The notes under the pieces: model-generated
The model's database searches: none
What the model was told of the DNA's origin: nothing
Seen by the model: the letters and a program-made list of their open reading frames with translations, nothing else
Translations under genes and position numbers: made by a program
Shown here: piece after piece, positions 13,371-28,898 of the stretch
Layout of the letters: each line of letters begins with the position of its first letter
Numbering within the stretch: position 1 is the first letter of the stretch
NCBI RefSeq assembly: GCF_009914755.1
Contig: NC_060928.1
DNA length: 64,000 nucleotides
Reading direction: 5' to 3' (one strand)
Origin: the human T2T-CHM13v2.0 reference genome, Homo sapiens

Positions 13371-16300
13371 ATGCTGACTCAAGAACTGTAGCACTGAGTG
13401 TAAGGGTGCATCATTTTCATAAACTCAGAGGAAAATGTGGCTGGTGGCTGATGGCAGAGCTGAGTCCCGAGAGCTCAGCCCTGAGCTGCCTTTCATCTGG
13501 TCACCGTGTTCAGGGGTTCTTCTCCGTGTAAATAAACATCTGCGATGAAAACCTCCACAGGTCTCATCAGCAAAGTGGGTCTTCAAGAAACCAATTTGCT
13601 TTCAAAACAGGAGATCGAGTGATAATCTATCTAATGTTCTAGAAATGTTTGAGGCACCCTAGACAAATGTCAATCTTAAAGTTTTCCTTTTGCCTTATTT
13701 CTCTAAGTAACACCTTCTCAAATCATGAAAGAAGAGTGATCTAAATTTTTTTTTAAAAAATCCATATTAGGAGGAAGATCTATTAAGGATCTAGTGAGTA
13801 AATGACACTTTTGGAATGTTTAGAACTTCGAGGGGGAAACCACATGTTTTCACATCCCACTATATCATTTCCATAAGGATGAGGCAAAGCACTACCCCTA
13901 TTTGCAGAAGAGAGACTGCCGTGAAGTCAGTGGACACTATCTCCAGGTCAGAATCCAACCTAAAGGCCTTTAATCAATGGTAAGTGCTCTGAGGCACAAA
14001 ATCCTATGCTCCTCATCAGTCATGCTATGTCCTCTGAATATTCTGAATTCACCAGAACCTAGTAGACCTATTTTAAGTTTCTCCAAAAATGTCAAAACTC
14101 TGTTTTATAGAAAACCAGAACTTTCATGTCAATTGTTCCTGAGAACATTAATAACAAAAGCCAAAACAAGTTTCTTAAACTCTGTCAGCCAGTTTTGTAA
14201 ATATGACACAAGTAAATACTTCTGGACATCATTTAGGTATTAACGTAACATGCATAAGCTAGAAAAGGCAGCATTAAATTTGGATGTTTTTGACTTTTGT
14301 TTCTCAACTTTTTAAAGATTAAATCATAGGATCTTATTCTCTTCTATTCCCTCTAGGGAAAGCAATGTGCTGATATTTTTCTGAAAGATGCTAACAGTGG
14401 AAGGAACTATTGAAAACAATTAGAGGAAAATCGCACCTTGAACTTAGGAGAACGTGTACACCATGTTCTCACAGGAAATCTCAGACATGATATTAAAAAT
14501 TCCAGCTGTTTCATTTTTTTGCAGAACAGCGTGTAGTTATGTACTGAGTGCACTGTGCAGGGGCACACAGGGCATACCAAAGGCTTCTTTTGTTTATGAT
14601 ACAGATTTGCACTGTATTCGAAAGGTTTTCTTTCAAATGCCTTATCACAGTGTGTCCAAACTTCTTGTAGGGAGCAACGGGGCCTCTATTTAAGCCTCTT
14701 GTGAGCCGATCCACCAGCCAAGGTCATGTTGCTTTCCCTTAAGAATCAGAGCCGCGGGGATCCTGTTCTATCTGTTCTTTCCACAGCCTCCTGTCTTTCA
14801 GCAGGGCAGATGCCTCCCAGAAGGAAACCAGATGCCAGGACTGTGGGGGACTCTTGAGCAGCATCAGCCAAACTGTAGGAGCTGAGAAGAGGAAGCTTTG
14901 CTCAGGGTAAGCGCCCTGGGATAATGTCTTTAATGTCAAGAGGATGCACGCTGTGAACGTGGAAAGCCCTCCAGGCTGAAAGAGGGAGTCACACAGGCGG
15001 GGAGTGTTGCCAAGCATTTGCGAGCACTCTCTTCGGTGGACAGACAGCCGGCTTGCTCATGATTCCGCCTTCTCTGTTATTGGCAACAAGCCGTCACTGG
15101 AACTTTGTATCCTTAAGCTTTGAGGCCTTGACTCAGGTGGGGGTCCCGGAATAAGCTCATGAAGTTTTTGCCTCGTTACCCCCAGGCTCCAAATCACTGG
15201 TACAAATTTCTCAGTCTGACTTAATGCTTAGGGAAATGTCGTATTTTTGGATCCTTCATTTTAAAAAAACATATATATTTACCAGTGCTATCTCCGCCAA
15301 TTCTGAATAAACCTTAGACTTCAGATCATGAGCCACTAGGAGTCTGAATATGTCCTTTATTTGGATTCAAATAAGATTTTAACTTCCTGGCACCATGGTT
15401 TTCTGAAGGTGCCAGTGTGAGACCTGGGTCATCAGAATGACTTGGCGCTGGGAAGCCACAGAATGGTGCAGTAAGATCTTGCTGTCTCGGTTTCCGCCTT
15501 AGAAACAATATCATACACCTTTTCTCTTTCACAGAATGCTAAAATTTAGCATATGTTATAGTGTTTATTGACAATAATAAGGCAGGATAGCAAAGTGGTT
15601 AAGGAATGACTGCACTCAACAACCATAACCTCCTATGGTGCCAGGGACGGCAGGCAAATGCCATGCATGGAGGTCAGTGTCAGCAGAGATCAGCTGGTGT
15701 GCTCAGAACACTGTGGGAACTAAGGGTCTGAGCCATCAGGACTGTCCACAGATATTCCACTCCTTCTGCTCATATAATATGCTTGCATTCCCCATGTTTT
15801 ACAATTTGAGTTCAGGATTTGTTTAATTCAGGTATGGTAAAGTGATAGACACAGACAGGAACAACTGCCTTTGAAATAAGAGCTTGTTTCTTACAGTTCC
15901 TAAGAAAAAGGAGCATTGGCATGCCACACAGGGCTGCCCAGGCAGCGCCAGGATTGGGCAGGAGGCAGGAGTACAGGAAGCACGGATCGAAGCCTCCATG
16001 AACACAGAGGGGAGAAGTCACAAAGTAGGGACGGCCCTTATTCTGCAGGAAACAAGTCACAGATTTGTTTGTGGCTGGAGGGTTTGTGATATGACTTTTA
16101 TGCTACCTCAAAAGTGGGACTGAAGGGTGATGTAGGCACCTTTGGCCATTAGTTTGGCCCTGTGATTAGTGGATGTCAAATCATCAATTACAAGATCTGT
16201 AGAAGTTGGTTGGAACACCCCACCTTGTGCAGACAGTCTGTTCATGCAAGTCGGGCAGGAATCATGAGTGGAAGCGGCACGTGTCACCTCCTGCAAAGGA

Positions 16301-16469
16301 CCAGCACAGGGGACACCACACTCCCTTCGCCTGCCACAGTGGCCACGAAAGCACCTCCATCAGCGTGCATTCCCAAGTGACTACCTGGGTGGCCTGACGG
16401 GTCTAGAGTCTTTCAAGGGTCTGCTGGCATCTCATCTGCGAACATCCCACTGGCCACAGCAAATCTCAT

Positions 16470-17311
<842 letters not shown>

Positions 17312-18159
17312 CAGGGCTAAGCCCAAAGTCAAACTTGGTGACCTCTATAAAATTACATGGCAAAGGCTGGAGAAAAAGGAAACAGTAAACATTTGGGGTC
17401 ACATTTGCAATTTACCACAGATGGCAAGAAGATAGAACTGCTTTTCCCGATATCTGGATGTCTGTTTCCAGCCACCCAAATCTTCCTAAAGACGTGGAAA
17501 TGCTGTGGCCGCTGCAGCAGTGGGCAGAGGAGTGGTCAGGCCGGGAAAAGGAGGTGCTCAGGTCACCTTTCCCATCCCCAGGATGGCTGGTGGCCCCCTG
17601 TGCTGTGTGCATTTGAAGGCCTCACCTGCCTCATGGGTCTGAATCTGAGGGAGGCAGCACATAATTAACCACTATTAGGAATTTTAGAATGTATTTTTAG
17701 TTCTCTGGAAATGTCTCCCTCATTATTCTTTGTTATTCAACTTTGAAACACATGTGTAGGAATCCACTGTGTGTAGAAGTAAGAAACTGCATATAACCAA
17801 TGCTTTTCACACCAACAATCTCTCACTCAAACGAATACAAGCCAGGCTCTTAATGTTCTTGTTATAGAAGAATAACTAGGTAAGGTAAATAAAGCTGATA
17901 TTAAAAATCCAATTTTACATATAAGAAGACATAGAGACGTTAAATGGTTTGCCCTGTGTCTGAAAGCTCATTAATTGCAGAAGTGTTGAAGGATTGCAGG
18001 GCTCCTGACTCTTTGGTCAGGATGCATTATGCAGCCACTCACAGAATCATTTTGAGATGGAGAGCCAGAATTCTGGAGAACAGCAGAGTGCTCCTGCAGC
18101 ATGTCTGTGCAATGAGAGCACAGCAACCCTTCTAGAGAATTTGGTCAGGGATTGGGTCA

Positions 18160-18504
18160 GGAAATGTTCATGGAGCACCTTCTCCTTTCTCTGTGTCAGG
18201 CACTGTGCTATGTTATGGAGACGCAGGGGTGGGCAAAACCAGACCCCATACCTGCCCTTAGCAGTATATTCTGTAAGGGGGCTGGAGGATGTAGACCTGA
18301 ATCAAATATTTGCATGCACAAATAGAAACATGCAACCCATGTGTACAGTGAGGGGGAGGCCCTTGGTGCTGCGAAGACCCATAATCACAGGCCCCGGGCT
18401 GGGCAGAGGGCAGGGAGAGCTTTCCTGGGGAGCAGTGCTTGAAATAGGGTATAAAGAAGGGGTTGGAGTTATTGAGATAAATAGAAGAAACAGTGTTCCA
18501 GGTT
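18160..18504 (-). mobile_element. L2 3' part, cut at the left inversion breakpoint
   Basis: Antisense L2 end (tgtgtcaggcactgtgcta...cctgccctta...agaaacagtgttccagg) stops abruptly at LTR12 sequence. Confidence 0.7.
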
Positions 18505-19146
18505 GAGCCCAGCTGGCTTCACCTAGTGGATCCCGCACCTGGCCGCAGGTGGAGCTGCCTGCCAGTCCTGCGCAATGCGCCTGCACTCCTCAGCCGTTGG
18601 ATGGTTGATGGGACTGGGCGCTGTGGAGCAGGGTGCAGTGCTCCTCGGGGAGGCTCAGGCCTTGCAGGAGCCCATGGCAGGGGGGAAGCTCAGGCATGGC
18701 AGGCTGCAAGTGCCAAGCCCTGCCCCACAGGGAGGCAGCTGAGGCCTGGCGAGAATTGGAGTGCAGCGCCGGTGGGCCAGCACTGCTGGAGGACTCGGTG
18801 CACCCTCTGCAGCTGCTGGCCCAGGTGCCAAGCCCCTTACTCTCTGGGGCCAGCGGTGCTGGCCAGTCGCTCCGAGTGCGGGAGTGCGGGGGCCTGCCAA
18901 GCCCACGCCCACAGCAGACCCGGTTCCCGCCCGTGCGCAGCAGCCCCTGTTCCCGCTGACGCCTCTCCCTCCACACCTGTCCACAGCAGAGGGAGCTGGC
19001 TGTGGCCTCGGCCAGCCCAGAGAGGGGCCCCTACAGTGCAGTGGTGGGCTGAAGGGCTCCTCAAATGCAGCCCGAGTGGGCGCCGAGGCCGAGGAGGCAC
19101 CAAGAGCCAGCGAGGGCCGCTAGGGCTCCAGCACATTGTCACCTCA
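18505..19146 (-). mobile_element. 5' half (GC-rich U3) of an LTR12/ERV9 LTR
   Basis: Closely resembles 50565-51176 of the intact LTR12; has the LTR 5' terminus (gtcacctca) but stops at gagcccagctggcttcac. Confidence 0.9.
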
Positions 19147-21337
19147 TGTTTAACACAAATTTTCCTATATGCTCTAAGGCTACAGTTTTGTCTGTTACTC
19201 TGGTAATAATACACTTTCAGGCAGTAACTTGAAATAAAATTCAATTTTCATAAAATCTCCGGAAAACTGGAGAAAGAGGGAATTTTATTTCAGTATTGTT
19301 GTCCTGTGGATTGGAATATGTTCTAACTCACATCATAATTCTTGAAACATTATAAAATATAAAAGCTTAAACTAATATGTTTAATTGACTCCAAGAGCAT
19401 TAATGAAAAGTATATAAATAGGAATACAGATGTAGTAATAAAAGAGAATTATCAGTCACCCTTAATTTAATTGGTGTCACCTTAGCTTTTAGAAGGGTAA
19501 TAGGTAAAGACTGTTGTGCTCAGAACACCAGAAATCTATTCGAACTAGGTGAAAATTTACTAGTGAAGGTATTTGTGAAAATAGAAATGCAGCTTATGTA
19601 AAAACTATTCACTTACATCTGCCCACAAATACAGAAACATCTGAATGCTCAGTTTTAACCTATTCCTCAGTAGGTTAAAGTGCTCTGGGCTTACTTGTCT
19701 CTTCCTCTTGACTTGGAGAGAAGAGAAGCCTTTGCTTTTACTCAGCATGAAGGAGCCTCAGGATAGTCACATCTCAACTCTTAGATGCCTGAGAGCTTTG
19801 TAATGCAAATCAGGCTGCTCCTTTTTTCTTACCAGCAACTTAATTTGGGACAGGATTGATTGACTAGAAAGTTTGCTAATCAGTTTGAAACAAAACTAGG
19901 CTGGGGGCCAATGGAAGTTTGCCAGAACCTCCCTTCTGAAGACAAGGTCGACAGCTGGTCTCACTTTGGAAATGCTTTTGCCCATTATCTTATCATTTGG
20001 TCCATTTTATGTGGTCCACATCTCAAATTACAATGTTTATTTTGAAGGCACTCCAGAGAAAAGAAAGAGAAAAAAAAGACACCACACATGACTTACAGAA
20101 CAGATTTTATAATACTTTGAAAATGAGGTACCTCGTTGTAAATTTAAAATCCGCCTCCTGATTGTTTTAGAGTTGATAAGTATATTGACGGTTGTGAATG
20201 ACTGCTGAGCTCTGGCTTTTGGGTGTAGCCGATGTGACAACGTTTGTTGGTGAAGCAAAGAAAACAAGTTTGATTTGACCATGAGAACATATGAATTCCT
20301 GAACTGTTAAAAATAATAACTCTTGTTTGTGTCATTCTCCAAAGTTTTAAAATAAAATTAGATCATTGTGCCCAAACCAAAAAGTTCTGAAGTCATTGAA
20401 GTGATGGAATCATAGGATGCACTGCAGGGGCTGAAATTCCAAACCTTGTAGGGACAGGAAGGTAACGTGAATGTATGAATCGGACTAAATGTGGATAGCG
20501 GGGAAGAGTGGGTTCTGTGGAAAACTAGAAAGAATATGCTTCTAAGGATGTTCAAATTTGGATTTAGAAAACAAATACCAAGCCTGCAAAACAGGAGACC
20601 TGGAATAAATTATCAGCTTTGAAAAAATCAGAGTTTGAAAAAATATATTAATTCTTATTTCAGAGACATCCATGTAATTCAGTGTCTTTCACAAGGCAGA
20701 CAAAAAGATCTTAGGAGAGAGAGACAAAGGAAAATAGAAACAAAGAAAAGGTGTTAAGTTTCTAAAAACAGACACTGTGTTGGGCTTTGAACATATAGAA
20801 TAGCATGAATTCTCACCATGACTACCTGCAGTAGCCAGTATTATTCCCACTTCATGGATGAAAGATTCAATCTTAGAGAGTTTAGGTAACTTGTAACAGT
20901 AGAAAAGCAAGAATTTAATTACAAATCCTATGTTCTCTTCTCTATACTAAATGTATGAACTCAAGCAAGTTATTTATCCTCTTTATTCTTCATGTTTTAA
21001 TGGGCATAATAATGGTTTATTCACTAGAATATTTTAAGAATTAAAGTTAATAATTGTAAAAATTCTCACAGAATTTTTTTTATGTTTGTTGAATATGAAA
21101 GTATGATAATTACTTTTGTTGAGCAACTATCAGCATAGCAGATGTTTGAACTGTTTCTGCAGAGGGATTTGGGCAAGACACCTTTTATTCTTATACCTGG
21201 GTTTTATTGTGAAGTTATATCCAGTTAAGCTTGTGAGAATTTGGAGTGCAGCCTGCAGTTGTATGATGGCTGAGGAATACAGGAACATTGTGGTTACTGT
21301 AAACATGAGAGTAATAACTGCAAACTAAGGAATAACA

Positions 21338-21368
21338 GTATATTAATCAGGATCCTCCAAAGAAACAG

Positions 21369-21414
<46 letters not shown>

Positions 21415-21911
21415 AGAGATTATTTGTAGGGAATTGGCTGCCACAGTTATAGAGGCTGAGAAGTCCTGTGATCTCTAGTTGGCAAGCTGAAGTCTGGAGA
21501 CCTTGCAGAGCTGATGGTATAGTTCCAGCCTGTCTGAAGGCCTGAGAACCTGGAGGGCTGATGGTGTGATTTACAGTTCAAAAGCCAGTGCGCTCAAGAC
21601 CCAGAAGATCTAATGTTTCCATTTGAGTCAGAAGCCAGGAAAAGACTGGTGATGTTCCAGCTCAAGCAGCCGGGCAGAAGGAGTTCCCTTGTTCCACAAG
21701 AGGGCCAGACTTTTTGTTTTATTCAGGCCTTCAGTTGGTTGGATAAGATTCACCTACATTAGGAGGACAACTGGCTTTACTCTATCAATTTAAATGTTAG
21801 TCTCCTCCTGAAACTCTCACAGCCCTCACAGACATACCAAGAATAATGTTTGGCTTAATATCTGGGCACCCTGTAGCCCAGTCAAGTTGACACATAAAAG
21901 TAATCATGACA
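21338..21911 (-). mobile_element. MLT2B-like (ERVL) LTR with (GT)20 microsatellite at 21371-21410
   Basis: Ends tattaatcaggatcctccaaagaaacagaa and gcccagtcaagttgacacataaaagtaatcatgaca are antisense MLT2 termini. Confidence 0.85.
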
Positions 21912-22879
21912 TATGGTAATGTGTAATAGGATAAGCTGTAATGAGTTAGGAAATGGTCTGATGTTAACAAAATAATAAAGAAAGCAAATGTGTTGAATGC
22001 CTGTGGGAACTTGTAACGAGATAGTCATGCACATGGTGAAGAAATTTGTTAGCTGAAGAAGTTCAATACACTGGCTCCTCCAAGATAACTTTCCCACAGG
22101 AAACTTTGGGAGCTACTCAGGTATTGCATCCTCTGGGAGTAATTAACTATTCACTAACAGGAGGTTTGCGTGTAACCAGCAACAGCAGGTAAAATTTCAG
22201 GTGCTTCTATCAAAGAACTAGAGAGATAGCTCAGCCACTGCTGGATCCTGTGCGAGGATCCCTGGGGAATGCACCTTCCCTGAGGTATGATGTGACACTT
22301 ACAATATACACTGATGTATAGTGTATACGTTTTATTGAGTTGGAGCCAGATGGGGTCTATTTACTCCCAGTTGATTTTCAGAATCATCATTTTTATATAT
22401 TCTCAACAAACCTGTCCCTTTCTCTCCTCGTGGTAACCACCTGGCACAACTCTATCCCTTGTAAATCCAGCTCTCCACAGAGCTGAGTGTGGCTGGAGAA
22501 GCCCACAGTGACGCTGATTGCTCTTCCCTTACATTCGTGATCACTAACCGGGGCTGGCTGCCTGATTTGCAGGGCCCAGGGCAAAATGAAAGTGTGGGGC
22601 TGTTCGTTCAAAAGACATTTTTAAAAAGCCTCATTAAATGCACTAAAATCTAAGGTGTTTTCATTTTCAAAATAATTTGTGACTTATAAACCATAAAGCA
22701 GGCAACAGTGACACATGAGAAATAACATAAACTTACAAATTGCAAAAATTATGTGTGACTCCACAGTCACACACATTAAGCCACCAATGCAGCTGGCCCT
22801 GTCGCTAACCGCTAGTAGGCTCCTAGCACACCTGCCATTCTAATGCCTTCCCTCGCTCATTCATGTTTCTGGGAGGCTC

Positions 22880-24485
22880 CTTCAGATTCTCTCTCCTCTT
22901 AAGCCTCTAATGTTTTCTCTCCCATCCTCACTCTCAGTTAATGACTTTGGGGTATATGTCACTGAAAGAAAAACAAATTTAAGCCAAAACCAGAATAAGA
23001 TGAGAGCTTCTGCAAACTGCTACTTCCTCATCACCCCCCACCTGGATCTATGTCCAAACACTGTCTTCCTTTTTGTTACCCATAAGTTAAACTGGAGCAC
23101 TAAATCCCAATGTCTCTCTCGAATTCCAGCAATTCTCCTTCTACCTCCCACAATGTCGACTTTTCTGTCTCTACTGGAGTGTTCCTATCAACATGCACAG
23201 TTGAATTTTCCCATCTGGCACTACCTGTCCTGATCTTATGTTCCTTTCAAACTACTGCACTATTTCTGCTTTCTTCAGAGTGGAATTCTTTGGAAGGGTT
23301 TTCATATTTACCATCTCCAATTTCTGTCTTCATTTTTCCTCTCAGATCCACTAGGTCTGACAGTTTCCTCTGTCCTTTCACAGAAATTGCTCATTTCAAA
23401 ATGTGAATATCTTCCATGTTGTTATAGCCCATGATCAATTCTTAACCCTCTTCTCACTTAGCCATGAATAGCATTTGCACAGCTGGTTGTTGCCTGACCC
23501 TCAAACACTTTCTCACTTGGCTCCATGACACCCCAGACTTCTTGGTTTCCTTCCTTCATCGTTGGCCTCATTTCTCCCTCTGCTTTGCGGTTCCTGCTGT
23601 TCACCCTGTGCTTTACACGCTGCAACAGCTTGGGGGCTAGTCCTCTGACATCTTCTCTACCCGCATGTACTCCCTTAGGGATTTCAAACAGTCTCATAGC
23701 TTTAAGCACCATCCATACACTGACGACTCCCAGATTCAAAGGTTTAGTCCAGACCTTACCCTTGAACTCCAAATGGGTATACCCACGTACCTAGGAGATA
23801 ATCCTTACACTCCCTTCTTTCTCCACTATGCTTAATTTAATCTGTCAGAACGTCTGTGATTCTACCTTCCAAATAGATCCATAACCTGACCCCTCTTCAC
23901 CACTCATCTTGCTACTCCTGGTCCAAGTCACCTCCACCTTGCACTTGGATTATGGCAATAGTCTCTTAACTGTTCTCCCTCTTCCACTGGTTCTTCTTAG
24001 TCTTCTATTCATTACGTAGGGATCCTGTTAAAAGACAGGTCTGGTAATATCAGTCCTTTGTAAACATGTCCAATGGCTTCTCACCACAATCAGTAAAAAC
24101 CAAAAACCCTCCATCTGGTGGCCCCCAGCCCCTTCCTTCTCCACCTCACATGTGCTTCCTTTGCTCACCCTCTCTTGACTGCTTCCTGCTCTTCAAACGT
24201 GTTAGGTTATGCTCCTTCCTCTGGGCCTCTGTCTGCAACATCCTTTCTCCAACATCTTTGTGGGTGGCTCTCTCACTTCTACAGGTCTCGCTCATGGGCC
24301 TTCTGGCGAGCCCTTCCCTGATCACCGTGCTTGCATGGCAGGCTGGCACTCTGTCTGCCCTGTTTAGTTTTCTTCACGAGATCAGAAAGTCCTGTTTGTC
24401 TTGTTTACTGCTTTATGACCAGGGCCTAGAAGCACTTGGCACAACTAGGCATTCAGTACAGATTTATTAATTGAATGAGTAAATA
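22880..24485 (+). mobile_element. Long L2 LINE fragment including the 3' end
   Basis: Pyrimidine-rich L2-type text ending gcacttggcacaactaggcattcagtacagatttattaattgaatgagtaaat. Confidence 0.75.
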
Positions 24486-26029
24486 GCAGTTGTGAATCAG
24501 AACACAATGGAATCTATGTCTCCAAAACTTTGTGATGAATAAAACTGGCTAAAATATGAGAATTTTATGTACCTTAGTCACATATCATAAGATTTTCTAA
24601 GTAGAATTCATACTTGGTTGCATGTCCTAAGATCTTTTTAGGGAGGTTTCCTCTTTCTAAGGGGATTCAAAGATATCAGTGAAACCTGAAAATTGTCTTG
24701 GGTTAAGTAGTGCATTGTGGAGTACCAAATGGCATGAAAGAACAAAACTGCTGTCACTGTGACTGCCATAGTCAATGTCAATGTTGGATATGACTGCATG
24801 AGCTGACAGCCCCTGGAGCATGTGAAATATATGAAATGCACACTGGACATAACAGAGCATTTTTGCAGGGAGCTGGACCAACTCTTTTATATGACTAAGA
24901 TGCTATTTGCAATTTATATAAAGGAAAAAAGCAAATATGCTCCATGCAGTGCCTAAAAGAGCCCTAGTGGCTTCAGGGTAGAAAGCCATCCCACTTCTCT
25001 TCAGCAGAGCATGAAATCAACCTACTACCTTTTATCAGGTTACTTACATAAAGGAATTGTGCCTATTAATAAAACATCATGCATCTTGTTTCTCCAAGAG
25101 CAATGATAACCAAACTCTCCTTTCCCGTTCCCTCTTCCTTCCTTCTCTGGGGTCAATTTTTGCTGCCCTGTGTTCTGTTCAGCATGCATTAGCCATGAGG
25201 ATCAGATTGTTAGTCCAGATGACTTTGAAGTAGTTTTTCTTATGGTAAGGTTTTCTCCTAAGTCTGTAGCATAGAATCCTTGTTTTGGGGTTGATCCATG
25301 CCTAACCTGAAGATGATAGAATGCAAATTCTGCTTTACATTTGTGTATATAAATATTGCATCAGTCACATGTCCATTTTGGTGGCAACATCGTCTGTGGT
25401 TTTCTTAGCTGCCCTGGGATCAGATTTGCTTAATCATGTTCCCTTTTCTTTCAGGTTGTGCTTGGCTTCTTGCTGCCCACACCTACTCCATGATTTCGTG
25501 CTAATTTCTGCCCTTCTTCTCAGTTAGTGAAAGCTTCCCCGCACTCATTATCAGCACACTTGAATGTCCACTTAGTGTCAGACGTACAATTTTTAAAGTG
25601 AGAATTTCATCCAGGACTTTTACAAAGCCTCTCATGTGGCCACAGACTGCAGTTAAAAAACTAGCCTGTTAGAATGGTCACCTTGACATCATAGTCCAGA
25701 AGTGTCCCAATAATGGATGTGCAAAAAAGGAGTTAAAAAATGAGAACACCAGCCCACAAAGAATGGTACCACCCAAGCATTTGGACCAAGTCCACAGTTT
25801 TTATGTTTTTGTGCCACATAGCATAGACAGCCTAATATATTTAAAGTAACACTTAAAATGTACTTTAGGGATTCAAATTTTAGCTCCTTGTTTCTGTTTG
25901 CTAATACAGAACATAAATTTTGAAAAAATAAACTTTTAATTGAAAATTTTACAAAAAGTAAAATAAAAAACTGCTTATATTTCCATCCAAGGGAAAGAAG
26001 ATACACATAGTAAATACTTTAAAAGTATG

Positions 26030-26430
26030 TATATTCTTTCACCCGCTTTTAGGATTTATCCTAAGTATAACTAGCTGTTTTATAAAGATGTTCATCATCA
26101 TTATTTACAGTAAGAAAAAATGAACCTAAATGTTGACAGAATTCACGGAGTGAGCTATGGTGCCTGCACACAGTGGGGAATTACGCAGGACTGAACACTA
26201 TGTTTAAAAGCACTTTTAATGGCATGTCAAACACTTACTCTAATATGGAAAATACAGTGATTTCGTGGATATACAAAAACATCCTCATTTTTGTGTAATC
26301 GTGTATCATATATGATCCTAAGTACGTAATACTAAACATGAGAAAAAATGCTTGCTAAAAACAGACCAAAATGTAGAGGGCTGCCACTGTGTGGTGTGAT
26401 CGGGTGACTTTTTGCCTTTTAATTTATATT
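26030..26430 (+). mobile_element. Old L1M(E) 3' fragment
   Basis: cttttaggatttatcctaag...aagatgttcatc...aacctaaatgt motifs of old L1 3' ends. Confidence 0.5.
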
Positions 26431-27154
26431 TTTGTTGGCACAGAACATTGTTCTCATGTGCCCGAAGAGATTTAAAGATGATCTTGAGACAATTAGCCTC
26501 CTCTCAGAGTCCTGCCGGGGTAGGTAACAGGGAAGATTGGGGCAGGTCAGAGGTGACTCCGGGACGTTTGTGCTTGGTGCCCTGCTGCGAGGGACAGCGG
26601 CTCCGCAGCTCCAGCCCACTGTTCGTCACAGGTCCTTGGTGACTGTCTTACCAGTTATTTTCAAATTCAAGATAAAACGGAAATACAGACTTTCACATAA
26701 AACTTTCTACATTTAACTACCAGCAATTACATTTTTTGTCGTAAAACAAAGGGTAAGTCAAACAAAACGTCTAAGAGTAAATCTGTCTACAGTGTGTTCA
26801 GGAAATGAACACAGGTCAGGTTTATGTGGAAGATATCCAGGGCGTAGCACATCTGCTGGAAGCATTTCAGTCATGAGCACAGCTGGGTATTGGCCGTGAA
26901 CCTGGTGTGCACTGAATACACACCCCGTGGCCCCTACAGTGCATTCCCTGTGGATAGTTTATTAGGTTTCCTTTATTCCCTTCATCTATTCTTCCCTTTC
27001 CTTTCTTCCTTCCTCTTTTTTTGCCTCCCTCTCTCTCTTCCTGTCTTTATTAAATATATGGGATGCAGATTTGATGAATATGTCAATCAAAGATCACCAA
27101 GAAGTCTTAAACAGGTAAACCACAGAAAACAGGATCAGAATAAGAACACTGTTT

Positions 27155-28135
<981 letters not shown>

Positions 28136-28679
28136 GTTCAGGCTCCTTTCTGAGCTGATTATGTAGCTGAGCACGCTGAACGTCATGTGATTGAGAACCT
28201 GCCCCTTCCAGCCTTCATCTCTTCCATTAGCTTCCCTAAACCATTCATTTTTTAGGGCATTATTTTCTATCAAATACAAACACCAGTGGAAGACAGAACA
28301 CATGAAGCCATTAGTAGTTTAATGCCTTAATGTGAATAAATTTAATTCATTTCAATTTGAGAGTCCATGGGGTCACAAAGGAGATGAAAGAGAAAGTACA
28401 AGAGCCAGACATAAGGTTGGAAAGAACCCTGTCCCCAGTGAAAGGCCAATTTTTTCTTTCACAGCATCGTCTTGGAACAACCTGCTTTCTGGATTCTTAG
28501 CTCACAAGTTTGAAAAGGAGCCATTCCCTGATCTATTTTAATTGCTTATCTTCAAAAACTGTCTGAACTACGGTACCCTGTGGCTACTACCTTCCAATTT
28601 AGGACTCAGGTTTCCAGGAAAAGAAAAGAGTTACAACTACTAATAAAAGTCAGTCAAAGTAACTGCTCCTCTTTGAAAG

Positions 28680-28898
28680 TTTCAGCTCTTATTTTAGATA
28701 TGGGGGTTCACATGCAGGTGTGTTACATGGGTGTATTACACCCAGCTAGTGAGTATCGTACCCCTGGCTAGTTTTTCAATGCATGCCCCTCCCTTCTTTG
28801 CCCCGCGCAGTCCACAGCGCCTGTTGTTCCCATGTGTACGTCCATGTGTGCTCAATGCATAGCTTGGAGCTCCCACCTATAACTGAGAACATGCAGTG
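28680..28898 (-). mobile_element. L1 (L1P) 3'UTR fragment
   Basis: acatgcaggtgtgttacatgggt...gctcccacctataactgagaacatgcagt is typical antisense L1P 3'UTR. Confidence 0.75.

Noticed and set aside
18493-19244. 237-aa ORF and overlapping ORFs; CpG-island-like promoter
   Set aside because: Lies within GC-rich LTR12 U3 sequence, which is stop-poor in all frames.
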